From NCBI GenBank assembly GCA_963921275.4, contig OZ001293.3, forward strand, positions 2,752,001-2,816,000: a stretch of 64,000 bases of DNA. Reading direction: 5' to 3'. The DNA is from an uncultured Hormoscilla sp. Lineage in GTDB: Bacteria; Cyanobacteriota; Cyanobacteriia; Cyanobacteriales; Desertifilaceae. Below are positions 54,537-64,000 of the stretch, piece after piece. Made by a program: the position numbers and the translations under genes. The notes below the pieces were generated by a model. That model made no database searches, was not told the origin of the DNA, and was given only the letters and a program-made list of their open reading frames with translations. Position 1 is the first letter of the stretch. Every line of letters begins with the position of its first letter.

Positions 54537-55985
54537 GGGTGTTCACTCTGGGGCTTGAGCTGGTGGATGGAGTTCATGCATAATCTGTGTCAGGATGTTA
54601 CCGGCCCCATGATACAAGGATCCCTTAGCTCAATCGAGCGTCTGGTCAAAAAATTCGGCGCCAAGCCGCGATCTTTGGAAACCCAGGGCCATAGAGTTGC
54701 AAAAGAAACTCTGGGCCCTGGGCCCAAGAGATTTGGATTCGAGATGAGCGAGAAAAGTCGAGAGCGAGTGTAACGCCGGGCCAAAACTGCCGAACAAATC
54801 ATTCGAGAGTACCGCACAGCCGAAAAAAATCAAGCCATGCAACTGTCCGACAAGCCAGATGCCGTTCCCCAGACGGCTGCCAGCGAGGTTGGCTCTGGAG
54901 ATAATGAGCCAAGTCAGTGTTCTGCTGCACGAGGCCATCACTATGGTGTGTTTATTATTCACTTAGCGGTAGCATTTGTGGTGGAGAGCTTGAACAGTTT
55001 CAGGGGAGCTGCCCGGAATTTTTCCCTGTTGGGTCAGTATTTTCCCCTGGCCTGCCCCAGCTATAGCAGTATTCGCGGCTTGGGTGTTAAGAGTGGATCT
55101 GTACGAACTGCAACGCCGTCGGGAAAATCGCCGCGACTGGTTATTTATCATAGATATGACTATGTGCGATTCGTTTAGGATAAAATGACTTGACACAAGT
55201 CAAAGATTGGGAACACTAGCAGGGGATCATTAGCCCTGACAACTTATAGATGATGGTGGTGAAAGCCCACCCATCCAGGTGCTGGATTGACAGCATAACC
55301 CCGACGGTAGCGATGGCATCAATCCGTAAAGCGGGGTTAAAAGGCGCTCTGACTGGTAGCCTAAAACCGGTCAAGGTCGAGCAAGTAGTCATGATGAGCG
55401 AAAGCAAAGACTTGTAAGTGTCGTAAATCTAAACCAGCGAAAAGGCTGAAACGCTGGCCCAAAAGGGAAAGGATAATGACCGTTGGCAAATGGAGTCTTG
55501 ACCAACAAGCACCGGCAATAAACCCGGCATATAAAAGTCCATCTAAAACTACAAACAATTAAGCTGACGAGTGAGCTGAGCGAGCGCAGCCCTGGAAACG
55601 GTCCCATTTACTGCGGTTTCCGATTGGTATCGCTCTGTCTTTGGCCTCTCTGCCGCGGGCATTGCGTCGAGCTGTTTTTCAGGGGGCTAGAGCGTCGGTC
55701 CAGTAGAACTTCTTTATCGCTGCGCCCCCCGGAGCGTAGCGTGGCGCAGCCATGCGCAGCGCTATGGGTAAAGTGATGAAGGACTGAGGGGGTGAGGGGG
55801 TTTCGATATCTCTGCTCCTTGCTCTTGTCCCAGGGTCCATACGGCACACAGGAGAGATCGATGAGAAAATGTTTATTTTTCGTTGATTCACAGATATTTG
55901 AGTATTATTAATGGACCGATGCTCTAGGCAAGACACAGAATATGCATGAACTTTTAGGGGGAAAATCCCCCCAAAGTGAACACCC
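54537..55985 (+). mobile_element. TIR-bounded element with a degraded gene of unassigned family
   Basis: TIR GGGTGTTCACT(C/T)TGGGG, CTAG at both ends; fragments GHHYGVF..SLNSFRG..PSYSSIR, DWLFIIDMT. Confidence 0.75.
55164..55559 (+). mobile_element. 5' (domain I) fragment of a group II intron
   Basis: GTGCGATTCGTTTAG start; collinear with 51582..51190 on the minus strand. Confidence 0.88.
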
Positions 55986-56137
55986 TAGGCGCAGCCATAG
56001 CGGTCAGCTTCACAATCCGGTCTCGGCTGATATACTTTCGGAGTAATTCTGAAGAGATTATTGAAAATTTGATTCTGGAGACGAAAACTGATAGAACCAG
56101 CAGCATCGATTGTAGTGAACCCACTCTTAATTAAGCA

Positions 56138-56908
56138 ATGTTATCTATGTTAACACTAGAACCAAACAAATACCAACCCCAGGTAAAAATGGGGCGGGTT
56201 CTGGTGGTCGAAGACGAAGAATTAATCCGCGAAACCATTGCTCTCACTCTCAGTGACGAAGGGTTTGACGTGCTGACTGCAGCCGATGGGAGCAGTGTGT
56301 TAGAACTGACGCACGCCGCTCGCTGCTGCGGCACGGGAGGTAAAAGTAAAATTGCCCAACTGGACGCGATCGTGCTTGACTTGATGCTACCCTATGTCAA
56401 TGGGCTGGATTTATGTCGCTTGCTCCGTCATGAGGGCTACATGGTACCGATTCTGATCCTGAGTGCTAAAAGCAGTGAAACAGACCGAGTGGTAGGTTTA
56501 GAGGTGGGTGCTGATGATTATCTGACTAAACCCTTCGGGATGCGGGAGTTGGTTGCCCGGGTCCGGGCGCTGTTGCGGCGTAACCGCTACCCTCTACCTC
56601 AGACGAGGCCGAGCGTACTGAAATTTAAGGAAGTTACGCTATATCCGACTGAGTGTCGGGTGATGGTACGAGGAGAGGAGATTAATCTATCTCCCAAGGA
56701 ATTCCGGATTCTAGAATTGTTTATGTCTCATCCCCGCCGGGTATGGTCGAGAGACCAGCTGATAGAACGGGTATGGGAACCGGATTTTATGGGGGATAGC
56801 AAAACCGTGGACGTGCATATCCGCTGGCTGAGAGAAAAACTAGAAGTTGACCCCAGTCGCCCGGAATATCTGCTGACGGTACGGGGATTTGGCTATCGTA
56901 TGGGTTAA
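56138..56908 (+). CDS. sphR: OmpR/PhoB-family response regulator (SphR-like)
   Basis: Receiver domain plus winged helix, KTVDVHIRWLREKLE. Confidence 0.75.
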   Translation: MLSMLTLEPNKYQPQVKMGRVLVVEDEELIRETIALTLSDEGFDVLTAADGSSVLELTHAARCCGTGGKSKIAQLDAIVLDLMLPYVNGLDLCRLLRHEGYMVPILILSAKSSETDRVVGLEVGADDYLTKPFGMRELVARVRALLRRNRYPLPQTRPSVLKFKEVTLYPTECRVMVRGEEINLSPKEFRILELFMSHPRRVWSRDQLIERVWEPDFMGDSKTVDVHIRWLREKLEVDPSRPEYLLTVRGFGYRMG

Positions 56909-56980
56909 GAATTGATTGTTGATTTTTTAATTCTCCATTCTCCATTCTCCATTTATGAACTATAAACCACTAAAATAACA

Positions 56981-58255
56981 GTGTTTCTGGGATTAATATT
57001 GGGATTATTGATGGGTTTGGCTCTATTTATGTGGTGGAGAGCGCGACTCTACGCCGAACTGCAAAAGGTGCTGCCAAATAAATCTGACTCCCCATCCCGA
57101 TTCTCGATATCTCGGCTGTTATCGACGATCACCCATCTTCATCAAACTTGCTGCCAGCTGGAACAGGAAATAAATAACTGGAAACAACTTCTTCAGGTTG
57201 CCCCGATCGGCTATCTACAAGTGGATGACCAAAATCAACTGTTGTGGTGTAACCAACAAGCCTGTCAGCTGCTCTGCCTGCAACTACCGGCATCACCTCG
57301 TCTGTTATTGGAAGTTGTCCGCTGTTATGAATTGGATCATCTGATCGGACAGACCCGAGATTCTCAAAAGCCTTGCCAGCAGGAATGGATGCTTTATCCT
57401 ACCTGTGACTATGTAAGGGAGGTAAAATACGATCGGCCTCCCTTTGTCTTGCGGGGGTATGGGATATCCTTACCCAAGGAGCAGGTGGGCGTGTTCCTGG
57501 AAAACCGGCAAGAAGTGGCTGTTTTATCCGGACAACGCGATCGGGCTTTTTCTGATGTCGCCCACGAACTAAAAACGCCCTTGACTTCTATCCGTCTGGT
57601 AGCGGAAACTCTCATCTCGAGGCTTGACCCTCCCCTGCGCAACTGGATAGACCGCTTGCTCTTTGAGGTGATTCGACTCAGCGACCTGGTAGAGATATTA
57701 CTGGATCTTGGTCGCCTGGAAAAGAGGGCTTACCATTCCCTCAACCTGAAAACCCTAGATTTGCCAGCACTGATCTCGTCGGCTTGGTTGAGTCTGGAAC
57801 CCCTGGCCCGCAAAAAACAGCTACAATTATACTACACTGGTCCTGAGAGTCTGATGATTCAAGCTGACGAACAGCGGATCTACCGGGTGCTGATTAATTT
57901 ATTAGATAACAGTATAAAATATAACATACAAGCAGGAGAAATTAAAGTAAAACTCAGGCCCACAGATCGGCAGATCCAGATAGAAGTGATCGATCGGGGT
58001 ACGGGTTTTACCGAAAGTGAATTACCCTATGTATTTGAGCGGTTCTATCGGGGGGATCCATCCCGTGCCCGCAGTGCGACCGCCAATGTGACTGGCGAGA
58101 TCCGGCCGGACTTACTGTCCACTAATGGTAGTGGTTTAGGTCTGGCGATCGTGCGACAAATTATTGAAGCTCATCAGGGCTATGTGAGGGCAAGTAACCA
58201 TCCGGAAACCGGCGGTGCCTGGTTAGAGGTGTTTCTACCAAGGCAGCAACCGTAG
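56981..58255 (+). CDS. sphS: PhoR-like sensor kinase (SphS-like)
   Basis: AHELKTPLT, NLLDN, FERFYRGD, GSGLGL. Confidence 0.75.
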   Translation: MFLGLILGLLMGLALFMWWRARLYAELQKVLPNKSDSPSRFSISRLLSTITHLHQTCCQLEQEINNWKQLLQVAPIGYLQVDDQNQLLWCNQQACQLLCLQLPASPRLLLEVVRCYELDHLIGQTRDSQKPCQQEWMLYPTCDYVREVKYDRPPFVLRGYGISLPKEQVGVFLENRQEVAVLSGQRDRAFSDVAHELKTPLTSIRLVAETLISRLDPPLRNWIDRLLFEVIRLSDLVEILLDLGRLEKRAYHSLNLKTLDLPALISSAWLSLEPLARKKQLQLYYTGPESLMIQADEQRIYRVLINLLDNSIKYNIQAGEIKVKLRPTDRQIQIEVIDRGTGFTESELPYVFERFYRGDPSRARSATANVTGEIRPDLLSTNGSGLGLAIVRQIIEAHQGYVRASNHPETGGAWLEVFLPRQQP

Positions 58256-58426
58256 CCAGGTAAAGACTAATTGAAAATTAGCGCAGGCGTAGCCGTGTAT
58301 TCCCAGACGGGAGCCAGGGAACGAGGAAAATTGACAACGGACAACTGATAACTGATATGCTCCGGATTTGAAAACCCTTCAGTGTAATATTTATCCAAGT
58401 ATGAGCTGTACTACCGCAGTCTAGCT

Positions 58427-59173
58427 ATGGATGAAAGACTACAGAAAATTCTCTCCCAGTGCGGGATCGCCTCTAGGCGTGAAGCGGAAAAAATGATCCT
58501 GGCAGGCCGGGTCTGTATAAATGGTGTTGTGGTTAGCCAACTAGGGCAAAAAGCCAATCCCCTACGAGATGATATAGAAGTGGATGGTGTGCCCCTGGAC
58601 GCTGCCAATCGTCCAGGACAGCGGTATCTTTTACTTAACAAACCAGCTGGAGTAATATCTACTTGCTGGGATGCTAGAGGGCGGACTACAGTGCTCTCTT
58701 TGCTGTCAGACAGCCTGAAAGCTAGCACTGGCATACATCCTGTCGGACGCCTGGATGCAGATAGTACAGGAGCACTACTGCTCACGAACGATGGGGATCT
58801 GACTTTCCGTCTGACTCATCCGCGCCATAGCGTTCCTAAAACATATCGGGTTTGGGTGCAGGGTTTTCCATCCCAGGAGATACTGCACCAATGGCGCAGG
58901 GGAGTTATGCTGTCGGGTAGGATAACATTGCCATCTGAAGTCCGACTGCTGAAGCGATCGCCCCAAGGAGATCGGACTCTTTTAGAGGTGATTCTCACTG
59001 AAGGCAGAAACCGACAAATCCGACGAGTGGCTGAACAGCTAGGATATCCAGTTGTTCATTTACATCGTATCGCTATTGGTAAGATTCAATTGCAACAGCT
59101 GCGTCCTGGCGCTTACCGTCCCCTCAAAGATTTTGAAGTTAAGGCCCTCAAGAAATTAACCAGGCGCGGATGA
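58427..59173 (+). CDS. RsuA/RluB-family pseudouridine synthase
   Basis: S4 domain ERLQK..SRR, GRLD, EGRNRQIRR. Confidence 0.93.
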   Translation: MDERLQKILSQCGIASRREAEKMILAGRVCINGVVVSQLGQKANPLRDDIEVDGVPLDAANRPGQRYLLLNKPAGVISTCWDARGRTTVLSLLSDSLKASTGIHPVGRLDADSTGALLLTNDGDLTFRLTHPRHSVPKTYRVWVQGFPSQEILHQWRRGVMLSGRITLPSEVRLLKRSPQGDRTLLEVILTEGRNRQIRRVAEQLGYPVVHLHRIAIGKIQLQQLRPGAYRPLKDFEVKALKKLTRRG

Positions 59174-60042
59174 GGCCCATGGCAATGGTGGAGGAGTGCA
59201 ACCTATCTATGAAAAAAAATAAACAGGAATTATCCTATTTCGAGCGCCAAACCAGAGCGGATATCTTGGCAGAACTGGGGTCTATACTGTGCGAGTTGCG
59301 GCAAAAACAGTCTATCAGTATCGAGCAGCTCGCGACTAAGACAGGCATTATGCGGCGTCAACTGCTGGCGATCGAGTCAGGTGAACTGGATCGCTTGCCC
59401 GAGCCAATCTACATTCAGTATTTTATCAAGCGATATGCTTCGGTCCTGGGCTTGAATGGAACTGAGTTTGCGAGTGCTTTTCCTACTGACGGATATCTGA
59501 GACCGCCAATGCCAGACTGGAGTTATTTGCTAGCTCCTCAGTTGCGGCCCATTCACCTTTACTTTCTCTATATATTTGTGATTTTTGTCTCGCTCCATGG
59601 TCTGTCTTACATCATAAACCACCCTTTAAACCAAAATAACATCCTTTACGTTCAGCAGCCTGACGAACCTCCGATATCTCTGGGGAGCGCTAATCGCACT
59701 ACACCAGAGACATCGTCATCTGCTCCTCCAGAGCTGTCAAAGAAGGCTATACCGGTGGGGCACCGGAGGTCCGATTTTTCCGGCACGGTGCCAGTGCGGG
59801 TGACCATGACGATGGATGCGGACTCCTGGCTGTGGATAGAAGCAGATGGGAAAACCGAGTTTGAGGGCAAAATGCCCAAGGGGTCTGAGCGCACTTGGGT
59901 GGCTTCTCAACAGCTGATTATCCGCGCTGGTAATGCTGGCGGGGTGCGGATCGCCCTTAATGATGGGCTTTCTCAGAAACTGGGTGAACCTAATGTTGTC
60001 GAAGAAGTGACTTTTAAGGTTCCTCCCAAATCCAGAATTTAA
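59170..60042 (+). CDS. rodZ: RodZ-like HTH-TM protein
   Basis: HTH, LPEPIY, TM helix, RAGNAGGV. Confidence 0.75.
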   Translation: MRPMAMVEECNLSMKKNKQELSYFERQTRADILAELGSILCELRQKQSISIEQLATKTGIMRRQLLAIESGELDRLPEPIYIQYFIKRYASVLGLNGTEFASAFPTDGYLRPPMPDWSYLLAPQLRPIHLYFLYIFVIFVSLHGLSYIINHPLNQNNILYVQQPDEPPISLGSANRTTPETSSSAPPELSKKAIPVGHRRSDFSGTVPVRVTMTMDADSWLWIEADGKTEFEGKMPKGSERTWVASQQLIIRAGNAGGVRIALNDGLSQKLGEPNVVEEVTFKVPPKSRI

Positions 60043-60046
60043 CCTA

Positions 60047-61597
60047 TTATTTCTCCTCTTTATCCTTATCCTCCTTATCTTCCTTATCCTCTTGCTGGGG
60101 CTGTGGTGCCCTGCCGTAGGTTTCGGTCATCTGTTTGAGGCGTGAACTTAACCACTCGCTCAATGAATCCTGTCGGTAGCGCCAGGCCCAGTTGCCCTCA
60201 GCTAACCCGGGAAAGTTCATCCGGGCATTACTGTCTAATCCTAAGTAATCCTGCAAGGGAACGATCGCCCAGTCTGCGACAGAGGAGAGGGCGATTCTGA
60301 TTAAATCCCAATGGATCCCGTCGGGACTGACATGACCGATATAACGCAAGACAGCATCTCTTTCCCAGTCTGCGAGTTCATTAAACCAACCCACAGTGGT
60401 GTCATTGTCGTGGGTGCCAGTGTAAACCAGACAGTTGCGCGGCAAGTTGAAGGGCAAAAACGGATTGCCAGGGCCCGAACCAAAGGCAAAATGCAAAACT
60501 TTCATGCCTGGAAATCCAAACTTGTCTCGTAGTTCTTCCACTTTTGGGGTAATTACGCCCAAATCTTCTGCCAAAACCGGTAGCTTGCCTAATTTTTGCT
60601 TCAATGTCTCAAAGAAGGCGTCCCCTGGAGCCTTCATCCACTCCCCGTTGATGGCGGTGGTTTCGCCCTGGGGTACCGCCCAGTACCCCTCGAACCCCAG
60701 GAAGTGGTCGATGCGAATCCAATCTACATAGTCCAGCATGGCCTGAAACCGCTGAATCCACCACTGGAAACCAGTTTTCTGCAAGTTTTTCCAATCATAG
60801 ATGGGGTTGCCCCATAGCTGACCCGTCTCGCTGAAGTAATCTGGTGGCACGCCGGCCATCAAAGTAGCTTCTCCTGTCTTCTCATCCAGGCAAAAGGTTT
60901 CTGGATGGGCCCACACGTCGGCGCTATCGTGAGCGACGTAGATGGGAATATCGCCAACAATCTCGACACCCTTGGAGTTGGCGTAGGATTTCAGTTCACT
61001 CCACTGCCGGAAAAACTCAAACTGGATATATTTGTAGTAAAATACTTTCTTGCTCAGATTTTGTTGCCACTTTTTGAGTGCTGTGGGTTGGCGTTTGGCA
61101 ATTTCTGGTGCCCATGTATTCCAGGCTGCTCCTTCATTGGCGTCTTTGAGGGCCATGTATAAGGCATAGTCGTCTAGCCAGCTGGCCTTCGTCTGGCAAA
61201 ACTGCTCAAATTCTTTGCGCATCTTAGCTGATGCTTGGGCTTGGAAGTTGGAGCAGGCTTTCTGCAACAGGGGGATTTTGACTTTTATCGCCCGATCGAA
61301 GTCTACTGTATCGATGGGAAATTCTGGCAGATTGGCCAAGTCTTCTTCTGCCAGTAATCCCTCTTCCAGTAGCTTTTCCGGGCCGAGCAGCATTGGGTTG
61401 CCAGCCATCGCCCCATAGGACATGTAGGGAGAGTTGCCAAATCCTGTCGGACCTAAGGGCAAGACTTGCCACACTTGCTGTAAACTCTCTGCGAGAAAAT
61501 CTATGAAGCGATAGGCTTCATCGCCTAAGTCCCCAATGCCAAAGCGGCTGGGAAAGCTGGTGGGATGCAGCAAAATGCCACTACGTCTGATATTCAT
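60047..61597 (-). CDS. malQ: 4-alpha-glucanotransferase
   Basis: GILLHPTS, RIDHF, AEDLG, YTGTHDNDT. Confidence 0.97.
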   Translation of the reverse strand: MNIRRSGILLHPTSFPSRFGIGDLGDEAYRFIDFLAESLQQVWQVLPLGPTGFGNSPYMSYGAMAGNPMLLGPEKLLEEGLLAEEDLANLPEFPIDTVDFDRAIKVKIPLLQKACSNFQAQASAKMRKEFEQFCQTKASWLDDYALYMALKDANEGAAWNTWAPEIAKRQPTALKKWQQNLSKKVFYYKYIQFEFFRQWSELKSYANSKGVEIVGDIPIYVAHDSADVWAHPETFCLDEKTGEATLMAGVPPDYFSETGQLWGNPIYDWKNLQKTGFQWWIQRFQAMLDYVDWIRIDHFLGFEGYWAVPQGETTAINGEWMKAPGDAFFETLKQKLGKLPVLAEDLGVITPKVEELRDKFGFPGMKVLHFAFGSGPGNPFLPFNLPRNCLVYTGTHDNDTTVGWFNELADWERDAVLRYIGHVSPDGIHWDLIRIALSSVADWAIVPLQDYLGLDSNARMNFPGLAEGNWAWRYRQDSLSEWLSSRLKQMTETYGRAPQPQQEDKEDKEDKDKEEK

Positions 61598-61761
61598 ATC
61601 TTCCCTGGGATCGAGGTCGGAAACTTTCTGAGCTTATCATAAGTAGTCAGTTGTTAGGGACTTGCGCAAAAATAGAGTACCGCTCATACCATCAATTTCT
61701 CTCAAGCGCTAGCAATCTCCTAGAGATCTGTCGGTTGGGAGATTGCTTCGGGGTCTGTTGG

Positions 61762-62156
61762 GGGTGTGGTCAAAAGTAGTTGAATTATACTTTGAAAGGG
61801 ATCGACTTGCGCGAAAGAGGAATTGAATGTGTCATTGCGAGGGGGGAATCCCTGACCGCTATTGTAGGGAATACTAGCGGATCCCCCCGAAGCAATCTCC
61901 TAAAGGGCGCGTGGAGATTGCTAGCTGGACTGCATCGGGCCGCTGCGAAGGCCGGAGGGTGTTACTCTTAACTTACAAGGATCTCTCAATTTGCCCCCCC
62001 CTCGCTCCGGACATTTGCTTAGGGTTTTTGCTCTTCAAGATATGGCCCTAAGAGCAAAGGGACCCTTCGCAGTATAGTAGAGAATCAATGCTCGGGAGGA
62101 CCGGTGAAATAGTCAGAATTTGACCTTTTCAAAACCAACTGGTTTTGACCACACCC
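61762..62156. mobile_element. 395-bp MITE nested among palindromic repeats
   Basis: TIR GGGTGTGGTCAAAA / TTTTGACCACACCC, 9-bp duplication GTCTGTTGG. Confidence 0.88.
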
Positions 62157-62652
62157 GTCTGTTGGTGGAGTTCCCTTTCCGGAACGGTTTGGGATCCCCC
62201 CCTCGCAATGACAGCTTAGGGACTTGCGCCCAAATAGAGTACCGGTCATACCATCAATTTCTCGAAGGAGTAGTTAAATCATTGGTACATTATTAAAACC
62301 GCGAGTCCTTTAGTAGTCAGTTGTCAGTTGTCAGTAGACAGGATGCTCGAAATCCTCACAGATCGATGGTTAAGGGTTTCAGCCAATTTGACAATCCTTG
62401 ACACGGTACAAAAACTTATGTATGACTACTTAGTTAGCACGACAATGACCGGATTTCCCTCTTGTTAATCCCTGGATAAATTTGGGCGGTGACAAATGTC
62501 AAAATCATACCTGATTTGGGGTTGGTACGATCGGCGGCAGATTCGATCGGGATTGATGTTGACTTGGGAGCATTTTACCATGAGCATAAAAATATTCCAT
62601 AAAATGGGCAAGGTGCGTTGCATTTTTGTTCACGAGTAGGTAGAAAACTGAT

Positions 62653-63081
62653 ATGAATTATCGCAATCCGGCACCGACAGTTGATATTATTATAGAGCTG
62701 ATTGACCAATCCCAACGCCCGATCGTGCTGATTGAGCGGAAAAATCCTCCCCACGGTTGGGCGATCCCAGGCGGTTTTGTCGATTACGGGGAATCGGTAC
62801 AGACGGCGGCGATTCGAGAGGCGAAGGAGGAGACTCGGTTGCAGGTGAAGTTGACTGAACAATTTCATGTCTATTCTGAACCCGATCGGGACCCGCGTCA
62901 ACATACTCTCAGCGTGGTGCTGCTGGGGACTGCGACGGGTAAACCCCAAGCAGCTGATGATGCTAAGGAGGTGAGGGTGTTTGAGTTATGGGAAATTCCC
63001 TCTAATCTATGTTTTGACCATGACCAAATTATGAAGGATTACTGGCTCTATCGCAATTATGGGATCCGCCCTAGATTGTGA
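62653..63081 (+). CDS. NUDIX hydrolase
   Basis: [10 protein letters not shown]...[13 protein letters not shown]. Confidence 0.93.
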   Translation: MNYRNPAPTVDIIIELIDQSQRPIVLIERKNPPHGWAIPGGFVDYGESVQTAAIREAKEETRLQVKLTEQFHVYSEPDRDPRQHTLSVVLLGTATGKPQAADDAKEVRVFELWEIPSNLCFDHDQIMKDYWLYRNYGIRPRL

Positions 63082-63306
63082 CCAGTACCAGGAAGTAGGG
63101 CATTGCTAGCACCGGCACAGTCCGATGGCAGGGTCAAGACCCGTTATGGCGATCGGGTCAAAGTGAATGCTCCCGGGAAGTGGTAGGATAATGCCTGTGC
63201 GGTTTCTCCTGGGTAGTGCGAGTACGATGCGGGTAGTGCGACTAGCGCTCTCGGGAGGCATCGAGCGACCAGGAGACGCCGCTAGGAGAAATATATAAGG
63301 GGAAAT

Positions 63307-63696
63307 ATGACTTGTAAAGTTATTCACACCGAAAAAGCACCTGCACCTGTGGGACCATATAATCAGGCGATCGCGGCTAGCGGTCAATTGCTGTTCGTTT
63401 CTGGTCAAATTGCGATCGACCCCAGCAGCAATCAGATTGTTTACAATGATGATGTTGCCAAGCAGACTTCACGGGTGATGGCCAATCTTCAAGCTGTGCT
63501 TGAGGCGGCGGGGGCCAAGTTTGAGAATGTGGTGAAAACTACTATATTTCTTAAGGATATGAATGATTTTGCTACTGTAAATCAGGTTTATGCAGGCTAT
63601 TTCGATCCGGGAAATGCCCCGGCCCGTGCTTGTGTAGAGGCTTCCCGTTTGCCACAAGATGTGTTGGTGGAAATTGAATGTATTGCGGTGATATGA
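63307..63696 (+). CDS. ridA: RidA-family protein
   Basis: GPYNQA, SGQI, PARACV, VEIECIA. Confidence 0.92.
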   Translation: MTCKVIHTEKAPAPVGPYNQAIAASGQLLFVSGQIAIDPSSNQIVYNDDVAKQTSRVMANLQAVLEAAGAKFENVVKTTIFLKDMNDFATVNQVYAGYFDPGNAPARACVEASRLPQDVLVEIECIAVI

Positions 63697-63911
63697 TGGG
63701 AGCAGGTCTTGTTTGAGAGATGGCTAATGGCTAATGGCTAATGGCTAATGTCAGTAGAGTAGGCATCGCCCACCATGCCCGATCGCTATTATATTTAGGA
63801 GAGTCTTTCGTAGGCTGGGTTTCCGAACGAAAACTAGCTGGGCTAAGCCCACAAAAAGGATCGTTCTGTCAAGAAAATTGAATTGGTGGTGGGGATGGCC
63901 CACCCGACAAA

Positions 63912-64000
63912 GTGAGAGAATTTAGATCAGGTGTACCTCTGCTTCCAGCATCTATCCAACTGCGGCGATATCAGCAAGAAGCCGTAAACAGTTGGTTTGC
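63912..64000 (+). CDS. N-terminus of an SF2 helicase-like protein, partial
   Basis: Reads GVPLLPASIQLRRYQQEAVNSWF (Q-motif-like) to the window edge. Confidence 0.5.
   Translation, partial: MREFRSGVPLLPASIQLRRYQQEAVNSWF

Noticed and set aside
1..64000. tRNA or rRNA genes; most short antisense ORFs in the track
   Set aside because: No tRNA or rRNA signature recognised; the short ORFs are shadows of longer genes

Overview
64 kb from a filamentous cyanobacterium (frequent HIP1 GCGATCGC, heptamer tandem repeats, psb28, ftn2). Housekeeping genes (psb28, mogA-like, ctp protease, recJ, pdhA, ftn2, sphR/sphS-like, rodZ-like, malQ, ridA) are interleaved with an iron-uptake cluster (Fur paralogue, futC/futB/futA, SLH porin), a DNA phosphorothioation cluster (dndCDE plus a DGQHR protein), a type II-like R-M pair, and many pseudogenes, IS relics and MITEs. 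Main features the ORF track misses: (1) nine group II intron elements, including three almost identical 927-nt ORF-less introns with a degenerate domain V and an apparent CC 3' end, a twintron just upstream of pdhA, and a relic twintron inserted into a domain V loop; (2) three putative Fur-controlled IsaR1-like small RNA genes next to fur; (3) a collapsed dndB relic and a doubly frameshifted SBD-HNH (PT-dependent nuclease-like) gene at the head of the dnd operon; (4) a 44-bp palindrome translated in frame in both ftn2 and rodZ. All calls were made by eye with no database searches, so family names come from recalled motifs.
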